From NCBI GenBank assembly GCA_963664325.2, contig CAXXDQ010000004.1, forward strand, positions 256,001 through 320,000: a stretch of 64,000 nucleotides of DNA, written 5' to 3'. Below the pieces are notes generated by a model. That model saw only the letters and a list, made by a program, of their open reading frames with translations. It was not told where the DNA came from and made no database searches. A program made the translations under genes and the position numbers. How positions within the stretch are numbered: position 1 is the first letter of the stretch; the number at the start of each line of letters is the position of its first letter. Shown one piece after another: positions 34,331-43,178 of the stretch. This DNA is from Desulfomonilia bacterium. GTDB taxonomy: Bacteria; Desulfobacterota; Desulfomonilia; UBA1062.

Positions 34331-36637
34331 TTAGAATATCGCCTTCGGTTCTTCGGTTGTCCCGTCTTTCTTCCCGGTATCGGCTTCTCTTGGTTTGCCG
34401 GAACCTTCCGCCGGGATTTCTACAGGAGCCGGCAGCCCGTCCGAATACTCGGTGGGCTCGGTTCCCTGTACAAACGGGAGCGATATTTTGGGGGAATTTT
34501 CCATGGCAAGCTTTCCGCTTGCCGGATCGATATCCTTTATAACAATCCCCCCGGGCTGGGATATCTGTTTGACATTGCCCAATGACGCCATTACCATGGC
34601 GGCAATGGGCATGGCGCCTGTTGCACCTGTAAATCCCGCCGGGCTGTTGTTATCAAGCCCCACCCATGAAACCAGGGATATATCCCTCGTAAAACAGGCA
34701 AACCATGAATCGCGCAAATCGTTTGTAGTTCCGGTCTTGCCGCACACGCCGTCGGGCATGCCGTAATTAACGGCGGTCTTACCGGTTCCGAAACGGATCA
34801 CGTCCATAAGGCAAAAATCGACAAGGTAAACCGCATTATCTTCAAGGATCTTATCTGGTGATGCGGCACGGCCTCTGTAAACCACATGATCCTCGACCTT
34901 CACCGCCTTGATCGCCGAAGGCTTCACCCTGAATCCCCCGTTGGCAAAGGCGGAGAACATTATGGCCATATCAAGAGGAGAGCTTTCCATGGCGCCCAGG
35001 AGCAGGGAGGGGTTTTCCTTGACCTTGTAGCCGGGGTATAAATCCCTGATCACGGACGCTACGGACCCTACACCGATATCCATTCCGAGTCTTACTGTCG
35101 CTATGTTGTAGGACTGGATCAAGGCGTCCGCCATTGTCATGCTGCCGTGTGAAACGTTATCGAAGTTGGAAGGCGTCCACTCGGTGCCGTCCCCCTGAGG
35201 CATCGAATACGGGCTGTCATCGAGCATCCTGTTCAGCGCATATCCTTTTTTCACGGCCTCATAATAGACAAAAGGCTTGACCATAGAGCCTATCTGCCGC
35301 CTCATCTGAACCGCCCTGTTGAACTGCGAATACGCATAGCTGCGGCCCCCGGACATCCCAAGGATTTCACCTGTATTCGGATTCACTGCAACTACAGCCC
35401 CCTGCAAATCCTGCCTTCCCAGACTTTTAAGCCCTATGGCAAGTTTGTCTTCGAGAGACAGCTGGACACTCATGTCTAGCGTGGTATAAATGCTGTACCC
35501 GCCTTTTGACAGGTCGCCGGCCGGAATATCGTCTTCCAGCTGGTTCAGGATATAATCGACAAAATAAGGGGCATACCTTGTTTTCGGCGAAAACGGCGCA
35601 ACACCAAGCGGGGCCTTAATGGCTTTCTTATATTCCTTTTCCGTTATCTTTTCCTGGTTCAGCATCAGTGCAAGCACCGTGTTGCGCCTTTCTTTGGCAT
35701 TTTCGGGATGCTTCCAGGGGGAAAAGAGGCCGGGATTGCATATTATTCCTGCAAGAAATGCCGCCTGCTGAAGATTTAGATCCTTAACGTCCTTGTCGAA
35801 ATATACTCGAGCGGCCCTTCCAAACCCGCATACACTGGCGTTGCCGCGCTGGCCGAGATAGACTTCATTTATGTACATCTCGAGTATCTGGTCTTTGGAA
35901 TAAAGGACGTTCAACACGATAGACAGCCAGAGCTCCTTTATTTTCCTTGAAAAGGTCCTGTCACTTGTCAGGAAAATGTTCTTCACGAGCTGCTGTGTGA
36001 TGGTCGAGCCACCCTGGGATATCCGGCCTGCTTTGATGTTTACTATGCCTGCTTTGAAAATCCGGAGCGGGTCTATTCCCCAGTTGTCGTAAAACCGCTT
36101 GTCTTCAGTTGCTATGATCGCATTGACCAGTTCAGCCGGACAGTCTTTCAGCGTCACAAGCATGCGGTCTTCAAAACTCTGGTCATAGATCGCTGCAAAA
36201 TCTTCAGGTTCAAGTGCGGCTTCATCCAGTGTGCTGCCGGAATCCGGGTCGGTGATCTGTTTAACTACTGTGCCTTCGAGTTGAATCTTTATCTTCCGTG
36301 GCTCGGCTCTTCCATCAGGGTAATCAAACTCGTGCAGGTAAATAAAATATGCCTGTTCCGACTTTCTATAATCTCCCGGCGTGCTCAGCTTTTTTACCTG
36401 ATGGTACCGCAGGCGCTTCAACCTGGTATCAATACCGAGTGATTCGATGCTTATTCCGGGTTTAAGGACGGTCTCGCTCGAATATATACGGGAGGGTATA
36501 TGCCAGTCCGGACCTTTTCCGAGGTGCTTTATCCTGCCATATGCCATGTAAATCGAAAAGGATGATACCACTATCGCAACGACAAGAAAGCTAATTATAG
36601 AGACAAAGAAGATATACCTTTTTTTCACATGATTCAT
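34331..36637 (-). CDS. mrcB: Penicillin-binding protein 1B (class A PBP with UB2H-like domain)
   Basis: TEDKRFY, QGGSTITQQLVKN, GSMVKP (SxxK), SYN and GKTGTTND, with an N-terminal UB2H-like region. Confidence 0.88.
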   Translation of the reverse strand: MNHVKKRYIFFVSIISFLVVAIVVSSFSIYMAYGRIKHLGKGPDWHIPSRIYSSETVLKPGISIESLGIDTRLKRLRYHQVKKLSTPGDYRKSEQAYFIYLHEFDYPDGRAEPRKIKIQLEGTVVKQITDPDSGSTLDEAALEPEDFAAIYDQSFEDRMLVTLKDCPAELVNAIIATEDKRFYDNWGIDPLRIFKAGIVNIKAGRISQGGSTITQQLVKNIFLTSDRTFSRKIKELWLSIVLNVLYSKDQILEMYINEVYLGQRGNASVCGFGRAARVYFDKDVKDLNLQQAAFLAGIICNPGLFSPWKHPENAKERRNTVLALMLNQEKITEKEYKKAIKAPLGVAPFSPKTRYAPYFVDYILNQLEDDIPAGDLSKGGYSIYTTLDMSVQLSLEDKLAIGLKSLGRQDLQGAVVAVNPNTGEILGMSGGRSYAYSQFNRAVQMRRQIGSMVKPFVYYEAVKKGYALNRMLDDSPYSMPQGDGTEWTPSNFDNVSHGSMTMADALIQSYNIATVRLGMDIGVGSVASVIRDLYPGYKVKENPSLLLGAMESSPLDMAIMFSAFANGGFRVKPSAIKAVKVEDHVVYRGRAASPDKILEDNAVYLVDFCLMDVIRFGTGKTAVNYGMPDGVCGKTGTTNDLRDSWFACFTRDISLVSWVGLDNNSPAGFTGATGAMPIAAMVMASLGNVKQISQPGGIVIKDIDPASGKLAMENSPKISLPFVQGTEPTEYSDGLPAPVEIPAEGSGKPREADTGKKDGTTEEPKAIF

Positions 36638-36777
36638 ATATTAGGTGAATATCAGGGTGTCAATACTTCCTGAATATTTGAATTTAAGGTTTACATTCCA
36701 AAACCTGCGCCTGATTGCCGTTCTTTTTCTTTAATTGAAAAAGCATATTCTGTAGAAACAAATCTCTTTTTAAGGTA

Positions 36778-36795
36778 TATTGGTCTGACCAAATA
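36778..36795. promoter_or_regulatory. FadR/GntR-type operator palindrome
   Basis: TTGGTC-T-GACCAA at 36780-36792, ~50 nt upstream of the DUF1329 start. Matches the TGGT-N3-ACCA consensus of PdhR/LldR/GlcC-type regulators. Confidence 0.65.
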
Positions 36796-36842
36796 TTATC
36801 CGCACCATGAAATTAATTTATTCAATCCGACAGGAGGAGTTT

Positions 36843-38150
36843 ATGAAGCGTTCCTTAAAACAGGTTTGTTTGTTTGTATTTGCGTTTTGCCTGATTTCAT
36901 CAGTTGCATTGGCCGATGTAACACCCGGTGAAACAATCAACCAAACAAACTGGCAGAAAATCCAGGGGCTCGTCCCGGACTACATTGTCACGTGGGTGAA
37001 AAACGGTGATATGACGATGAAGATCGGCAAACTCGATTATGACCCCGCATCCTACTGGAGCGATGACGTAAAGGCAAACTGGAAGTCAAATGTCGGCCGC
37101 TATAAAATCGATGAAAATAATGGCATCATAGATGTAAAAACAGGAAAGCCGGCGCATGACATAAAGGGGCTCCCTTTCCCTGAACCCGATGTGAAAGACC
37201 CGAAGATGCCAGTCATGCTCATGTGGAACAACATCTTTGGTGAATATTTTCTTCAGGGAAACAAACACAGCATGAACTACTGGCTTGCTTTCGGCAGAAA
37301 AGACAAAAGACCTGAAAAAGTTTTTGCCCTGGAGGACCTTACTTACATCATGAAACCCTGGCGACCCGGCTGCGACTACGCGCAACTTTCGGTCTTCCGT
37401 CAGCCCATGAGCATGTCGGGAACCGGAACGCTTGCCCTCTACCCCATTTACCCGCTTGACATCGGCAAAGGGCAGCGATTCGCCTATTCAACTGAAATGA
37501 GGAGGGAGCTCCGTCTCGATACAAAACTGACAGGCTCTGACGACCATTTCGGGTTCGATGCCGCCCCCGATGATTCATGGGTTGGTGGACCCAAAACTGC
37601 CATTAACGAGGGTGTATACAAATTCGTTCGTGAGCAGGATGCGCTCGTGCCTTATGTAGTGGAAGGTCCGCTTAAGGTCTCCTGGAAGGATAAAAACTAT
37701 CTCGGGATCGGGAGTGCTGAAACCGGTTATGAACTTAAGATGGGGTATAACACACCGGGCTGGACAGGGGCCCCGTGGCACGTCACCAATATCATATGGG
37801 TGAAGTCGAAGGTCTGGGTCTTTACGGTTAAAAGTACGGATCGCAGCTATAAATACGGCGAATGCGAGGGCTGGGTAGAGAAAGGGACATTATCACATAT
37901 CTACAAACGCATAACCGACGTTAACGGCAAGCTGTGGAAGGGATTATACTATGTGAGCCTGCCTGTTGAGTGCACTGACGGCAAATTCAAGAAGATGTCC
38001 CTTGAAGGCCAGGTTGTCGTCGACATGAGGCGTGACCATGGTTCGGTTTATCCCGGCGTTTATTACAAGGGCGCCTATTTCAAGATTCTCATAAAGAACG
38101 CAGAGCCTACTCTTTTCACGGCAGGCGGCTTTAAGCAGTTTTATAAATAA
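36843..38150 (+). CDS. DUF1329 family periplasmic protein
   Basis: AGGAGG RBS, signal peptide (ALA-D), PGETINQTNW and GLPFPEP..DP; occurs with YCF48/RND/DUF1302 genes. Confidence 0.8.
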   Translation: MKRSLKQVCLFVFAFCLISSVALADVTPGETINQTNWQKIQGLVPDYIVTWVKNGDMTMKIGKLDYDPASYWSDDVKANWKSNVGRYKIDENNGIIDVKTGKPAHDIKGLPFPEPDVKDPKMPVMLMWNNIFGEYFLQGNKHSMNYWLAFGRKDKRPEKVFALEDLTYIMKPWRPGCDYAQLSVFRQPMSMSGTGTLALYPIYPLDIGKGQRFAYSTEMRRELRLDTKLTGSDDHFGFDAAPDDSWVGGPKTAINEGVYKFVREQDALVPYVVEGPLKVSWKDKNYLGIGSAETGYELKMGYNTPGWTGAPWHVTNIIWVKSKVWVFTVKSTDRSYKYGECEGWVEKGTLSHIYKRITDVNGKLWKGLYYVSLPVECTDGKFKKMSLEGQVVVDMRRDHGSVYPGVYYKGAYFKILIKNAEPTLFTAGGFKQFYK

Positions 38151-38272
38151 GGAAAGTCAGCACTTATGAAGACAGCAGCCAGTATGAAAGTGAATGAATT
38201 TTAAATAGTAACCATTCCGACTGCCGGCTGCTGTCTCTTGACTACTATATTCTGAGATTTCAGGAGGCTACA

Positions 38273-41200
38273 ATGTCATACCTTATGGGGCTAGACCTGG
38301 GCGGCGGCAGCGGCCGTGCAGTGCTTGTAGATTCAGCAACCGGAGAATCACATTCATCATCAGTCGCTTGGACCCATCCTGCAATGCCGGGTTCCATGGG
38401 ATTCGAGTTTGACCTTGACACGACGGACATATGGAACAAGATCGCCCTTGCGTGCCGAAGGGTCATGAAAAAAGCCGGAGCAAAGCCGGAGGATATCTCG
38501 GGTATTGCAACGACCTCCATGCGCCACGGAATAGTGGTGATCGATGAAACCGGCAATCCCCTGATGGCAACCCCTGCCGTGGACGCCCGCGCTGCAATGG
38601 AATCGATCACTCTCGTGGTCGAGCGCGGCAGGGAGCTCTACGAGATAACGGGCCGCTGGCCGTGTCCTGTCTTCGCTGCATGCAGGCTGATGTGGATGAA
38701 GTCAAACATGCCGGAGGCGTTTTCAAGGGCAGTGGCCTATCTGTCCGTAGCCGATTGGATCGGCTACAAGCTTACAGGCACAATCGCCATAGAAGCATCC
38801 CTCGCAGCCGAGTCAATGGCCTATGACATAAACAAACGAGAATGGTCAGCATCTCTTGTTGATTCTTACGAACTTCCGCTGACGGTATTCCCCAAGGTTG
38901 TCAACAGCGGGGAGGCAATAGGAACACTCAGCAAATCGGCCGCACAGCACCTGGGACTGGCTTCAGGGATTCCCGTTTCGGCTGGCGGCAGCGACACCCA
39001 GTGCGGGCTTCTGGGCTCAGGGGTGACTGCACCCGGGCAACTGGGAATAATCGCCGGAACGACAGTCCCCATGATGATGATCTCGGAAAAGCCCTTAATT
39101 GACCCTGAAAACAGGCTTTGGACAGGACTTGGCCTTTCGAAGGGCCAGTATGTTCTTGAAAGCAACTCGGGACCAATGGGTACGATGCTCGAACTTTTCG
39201 CAAGGATAATATCACCTGAAAGGGACAATGCAGCAGAGATCATGATGGCCGAAGCGGCCCAGTCGGCTCCGGGCTCCAATGGCCTTGTTTCAACTCTGGG
39301 CGCCCAGGTGTTCAACGGGAGTGATCTGGGCGTCCCGATGGGCAACCTTTCGATATCATACATGAGCCTGCTCAAAGGCTCCGGAAGGCCTGACACCGCG
39401 CGTTCAATCATTGAGGGCATGGCCTTCGCTCTAAGGGCGAACATTGAATCGATAGGCCGCGTAGCAGGAAGCCCCCCGAAAGAAATCCGTATAACCGGCG
39501 GCATGTCGCATTCTGGTGTTTTCACGCAGATCGTATCGGATGTCATGAACACAGTCATAGGGGTTGCGAATCCTCAGGCAACATGCATAGGTTCTGCAAT
39601 CGCTGCGGGTGTCGGGGCAGGTGTTTTCAAAAACCTGGATGAAGGGGCAGGCAAGCTCGTTAAACTCGTAAGGGAGCATTCTCCTTCAGGCAGCTCGGCG
39701 AAATACCAGGGGCTCTATCAGGGATGGAAAGGCATACTGGCCCCGGCCAAAGAGCTCGACAGCGTAACAGGAGGGATCGTGCTCAATGCAATAATGGGCG
39801 AGTCCGAGACATGCGAAACCAAGACCGACCTGAAGTTCAGGCCAAAGATATTCATATCCGCAGAAGTTGACGAGGAGTCGCTGGAAGCACTTAAGGCCCT
39901 TGGAGATGTTGAGTATGCCAGCTACCGGGAGGCAAGGAGGCTGCTGACGGGCGACGACCTTGTGAAGGCGCTGACGGGCGTCAATATTTTTATTACCGAA
40001 GTCGATGTGGTGGACGCCAAATCGCTTGCAAAGCTGCCCGACCTCAGGATGATCGTAGTCTGCCGGGCAGATCCCGTTAACATAGATATAAAGGCAGCCA
40101 CGGAATTCGGCATACCCGTGGTCAATACACCCGGCCGCAATGCCCTTGCCGTAGCCGATCTGGCAACCGCTTACATATTGAACCTTGCCAGGAAGATAAT
40201 CCCGGCTGACAGCTTTATTCACGAACCTGGCGGCGAAGCAGGCGACATGGGGCGCATGGGCAAGGCTCACGACGCCTTTCAGGGTCATGAACTGGCAGGC
40301 CTCACCATAGGCCTTGTCGGTCTTGGCGCAGTAGGGAAAGAAACCGCCAAAAGGCTTAAGGCTTTCGGTGCAAACATCCTCGCATTTGATCCCTACATAA
40401 GTGCCGAGAAAGCTGTTGTCGCAGGCGCCAGGAAGGCGGAGCTTGACGAACTACTGGCGTGCAGCGATATGGTAAGCCTTCATGCCCCGGTCACAGAAGG
40501 CACCAGGAAAATTATAAATTCTGATGCTCTGAACAAGATGAAAGACGGCGCCTGCCTTATAAACACAGCCAGGGCCGCCCTTGTCGATTATGACGCTTTA
40601 CTTGATGCTCTAAAATCAGGGAAGATTGCGGGAGCAGCGCTTGACGTATTCAATGTGGAGCCCCCGGCCGCTGATGACCCGCTTGTAAACATGCCCAATG
40701 TGATTTCAACCCCGCATATAGGAGGCAACACTGTCGAGGTGGCGGCACATCAGGGCGGCAGCGCGGCAAACGCGGTATCTGCACTTTTAAAGGGAGGTAG
40801 ACCGCAATGCCTTCTAAATCCGGAGGCTCTCAAGGAATTCTGCTGGACGGAAAAGGCAAAGATACCAGACGCGGATGTGCTGGACAAACTCATAAAGAAA
40901 CCCGGGGCATCGGTGACCGATCTTGAGGCAGGCGGCAAAAAGCAGAAGCAGGCGGTCTCTTCATGCGCAGCCGATATTTCCGGTGCCGATGAGGCCGTCA
41001 GGGAACACATGCTGAAAATAATAAAATCATTTACCTCCCGCATCGAGGCGGATGCCGAGCTCAAGATTTTTGCAGCCGACAAGGATGTGGTGATGCTCTT
41101 TGTCATGACTGACCTGGGGCTTCCTTTCTACCTGTTCTTCAGGGAAGGCGAGGTCAAAGCCGAGGCCGTTGAACCGGCCGAGGCCGATGTCGTACTCAAG

Positions 41201-42106
41201 ATGAAGGCGGACATCCTTGACGGCATGTTCACCGGCAGGGTGAGCGGAATGGATGCGGCAATGAGCGGCAAGCTCTCATTCAGCGGTGATACCGCAAAAG
41301 CCATGACCTTCCAGCAGATTCAAAAAGACATGATGAGACTTTACCAGGAAGTCCGCACCGAGATCGGCGACCCGGGTGACCTGACGAAAATTGGAAAGAA
41401 GGATCAGGCCAAACCGGCGGTGGCAGGTCAGGCAACAGCTGCCTTCGGCGCACCCGCCATTATAAAGGTGGGCGATATCAGGGACGATCTGCTTCAGGTA
41501 ACCAACGAGCTCTACGCACTCGGACTCATAACGGCTACAGGAGGCAATCTGAGCGTCCGCATCCCCGACAGGCCGGGAGAGTTGTGGATTACACCCTCGC
41601 ATATTTTCAAGGGCGATCTTCAGCCGGAGATGATGGTCCGGATTGATATCAACGGAAAACCTCTTGATGATGACTGCGGATATCCGGCATCGTCTGAACG
41701 GCACATGCATGCGTCGATCTACAGGCTAAGGCCGGATGTAAAAGCCGTTGTCCATTCGCATCCTCCTCTGGCCACAATCCTTGACCTGTCCGGTACACCG
41801 CTCAGGCCTATCAACACGGAAGTAGCATTTATTGCAGACCTGCCGGTAGTGCCTTTTATAATGCCGGGGTCGAAGGAGCTGGCAGATGCCGTGGCAACTG
41901 CAATAGGCACCGGGCCTGCGGTTATGATGAGAAACCACGGGCTTATAGTAGCCGCTGTCTCTCTCAGACGGGCAGCCGATATGACTGAGGTTATAGAAAC
42001 GACTTCCAAGACGCTCTTGGCATGCCGGTCCCTTGGAGTGACACCGCCAGAGATACCGCATGAGGTCGTAGAAAAGCTCAGAAGCCTATCAGACATGATG
42101 GCATGA
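38273..42106 (+). CDS. Four-domain fusion: FGGY carbohydrate kinase + D-2-hydroxyacid dehydrogenase + SCP2 lipid-binding domain + class II aldolase
   Basis: Kinase: GLDLGGGSGR, GGSDTQCG, ITGG. Dehydrogenase: GLVGLGAVG, INTAR, LDVF..EP, TPHIGG. SCP2: ADVVLKMKAD..GRVSGMDAAMSGKLSFSGD. Aldolase: GGNLSVR, SSE, HSH, NHG. Confidence 0.88.
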   Translation: MSYLMGLDLGGGSGRAVLVDSATGESHSSSVAWTHPAMPGSMGFEFDLDTTDIWNKIALACRRVMKKAGAKPEDISGIATTSMRHGIVVIDETGNPLMATPAVDARAAMESITLVVERGRELYEITGRWPCPVFAACRLMWMKSNMPEAFSRAVAYLSVADWIGYKLTGTIAIEASLAAESMAYDINKREWSASLVDSYELPLTVFPKVVNSGEAIGTLSKSAAQHLGLASGIPVSAGGSDTQCGLLGSGVTAPGQLGIIAGTTVPMMMISEKPLIDPENRLWTGLGLSKGQYVLESNSGPMGTMLELFARIISPERDNAAEIMMAEAAQSAPGSNGLVSTLGAQVFNGSDLGVPMGNLSISYMSLLKGSGRPDTARSIIEGMAFALRANIESIGRVAGSPPKEIRITGGMSHSGVFTQIVSDVMNTVIGVANPQATCIGSAIAAGVGAGVFKNLDEGAGKLVKLVREHSPSGSSAKYQGLYQGWKGILAPAKELDSVTGGIVLNAIMGESETCETKTDLKFRPKIFISAEVDEESLEALKALGDVEYASYREARRLLTGDDLVKALTGVNIFITEVDVVDAKSLAKLPDLRMIVVCRADPVNIDIKAATEFGIPVVNTPGRNALAVADLATAYILNLARKIIPADSFIHEPGGEAGDMGRMGKAHDAFQGHELAGLTIGLVGLGAVGKETAKRLKAFGANILAFDPYISAEKAVVAGARKAELDELLACSDMVSLHAPVTEGTRKIINSDALNKMKDGACLINTARAALVDYDALLDALKSGKIAGAALDVFNVEPPAADDPLVNMPNVISTPHIGGNTVEVAAHQGGSAANAVSALLKGGRPQCLLNPEALKEFCWTEKAKIPDADVLDKLIKKPGASVTDLEAGGKKQKQAVSSCAADISGADEAVREHMLKIIKSFTSRIEADAELKIFAADKDVVMLFVMTDLGLPFYLFFREGEVKAEAVEPAEADVVLKMKADILDGMFTGRVSGMDAAMSGKLSFSGDTAKAMTFQQIQKDMMRLYQEVRTEIGDPGDLTKIGKKDQAKPAVAGQATAAFGAPAIIKVGDIRDDLLQVTNELYALGLITATGGNLSVRIPDRPGELWITPSHIFKGDLQPEMMVRIDINGKPLDDDCGYPASSERHMHASIYRLRPDVKAVVHSHPPLATILDLSGTPLRPINTEVAFIADLPVVPFIMPGSKELADAVATAIGTGPAVMMRNHGLIVAAVSLRRAADMTEVIETTSKTLLACRSLGVTPPEIPHEVVEKLRSLSDMMA

Positions 42107-42116
42107 GGCGCAGATT

Positions 42117-43178
42117 ATGAAGAAAGCGGGAAACATCATTATTGTGCTGATTGCGGTTGCGGTAGCTGTTTCGGTTGCTGTCATTCTGGCAAGGCCGGAA
42201 CAGAAAGCTGCCGCAATTGTGGAAAACCAGATAGGATCAAACCTGTTTTCGGGAGCCGTTCTGACTGAAACAGATATGCTTGTCGTTGGAGACCTCGGAA
42301 AAGTTTATCTGAGTGCAGACAGAGGTAAGATCTGGCGTGAAGTGCAGACGCCGACGAAGTTCGCTCTTCTCGATGTGAGCATGAACGACGATAAAAGCGG
42401 CTGGGCTGCAGGACAGGCAGGCGTAATCCTGCACACGGCAGACGGCGGGAAGACATGGTCGGTCCAGAAGTCGGGAGTTGAAGGATCCCTGCTCGGGATA
42501 CACGCCCTTGACGCCTTTCATGCATGTGCAGTGGGCGCGGATTCGACCGTGATCGTCACGAGTGACGGCGGCGCAACATGGATCAAGGCGTCCCGGCCTG
42601 GAGAAGAACCGGCAAAGGAAGGTCAGCCCCCGGCGGCGGGATTCAACGTCTTCGGGGTCAAAATGATTGATGCAAACACAATCTGCGTGGCAGGCTATAT
42701 GGGAAGGATTTTCCTGACAAAAGATGCGGGAAAGATATGGGCTGAAATAAAGTCTCCATTATATGATGCTGAGAATCAGGTAGGCAGGACAATATTCACG
42801 CTGGCCGGTGGAACAGGAGGAATCCTCGCCGCGGCCGGGACTGATATGGCGATTTTATTGTCTAAGGATGGTGCAATGACCTGGACTGAAACCGACGCCG
42901 GAATTCATGATCCTGAAATATTCGGCATAGACCTCGAAGGCCAGGCCGGTCTTGCAGCGGGTTCAGCAGGAACCGTGCTTGTTTCATCAGATGCGGGTAC
43001 GACATGGAAAAAGACGGATATTCCGGAAATGCTGAAGCGGGCCTGGCTTTCGGACGTGGACCTCAAGAGCACCCCTTCTGGCATCAAAGGCCTCATAGTC
43101 GGCCAGTACGGAATAATAGGAATTTATGAAAACGGGAATGTCTCCTGGCAGATCCCGGTAATCCCGGAGGTTCAGTGA
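42117..43178 (+). CDS. YCF48-like / BNR (Asp-box) beta-propeller protein
   Basis: Repeated S/TxDGGxTW Asp-box motifs and an N-terminal membrane anchor. Confidence 0.85.
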   Translation: MKKAGNIIIVLIAVAVAVSVAVILARPEQKAAAIVENQIGSNLFSGAVLTETDMLVVGDLGKVYLSADRGKIWREVQTPTKFALLDVSMNDDKSGWAAGQAGVILHTADGGKTWSVQKSGVEGSLLGIHALDAFHACAVGADSTVIVTSDGGATWIKASRPGEEPAKEGQPPAAGFNVFGVKMIDANTICVAGYMGRIFLTKDAGKIWAEIKSPLYDAENQVGRTIFTLAGGTGGILAAAGTDMAILLSKDGAMTWTETDAGIHDPEIFGIDLEGQAGLAAGSAGTVLVSSDAGTTWKKTDIPEMLKRAWLSDVDLKSTPSGIKGLIVGQYGIIGIYENGNVSWQIPVIPEVQ

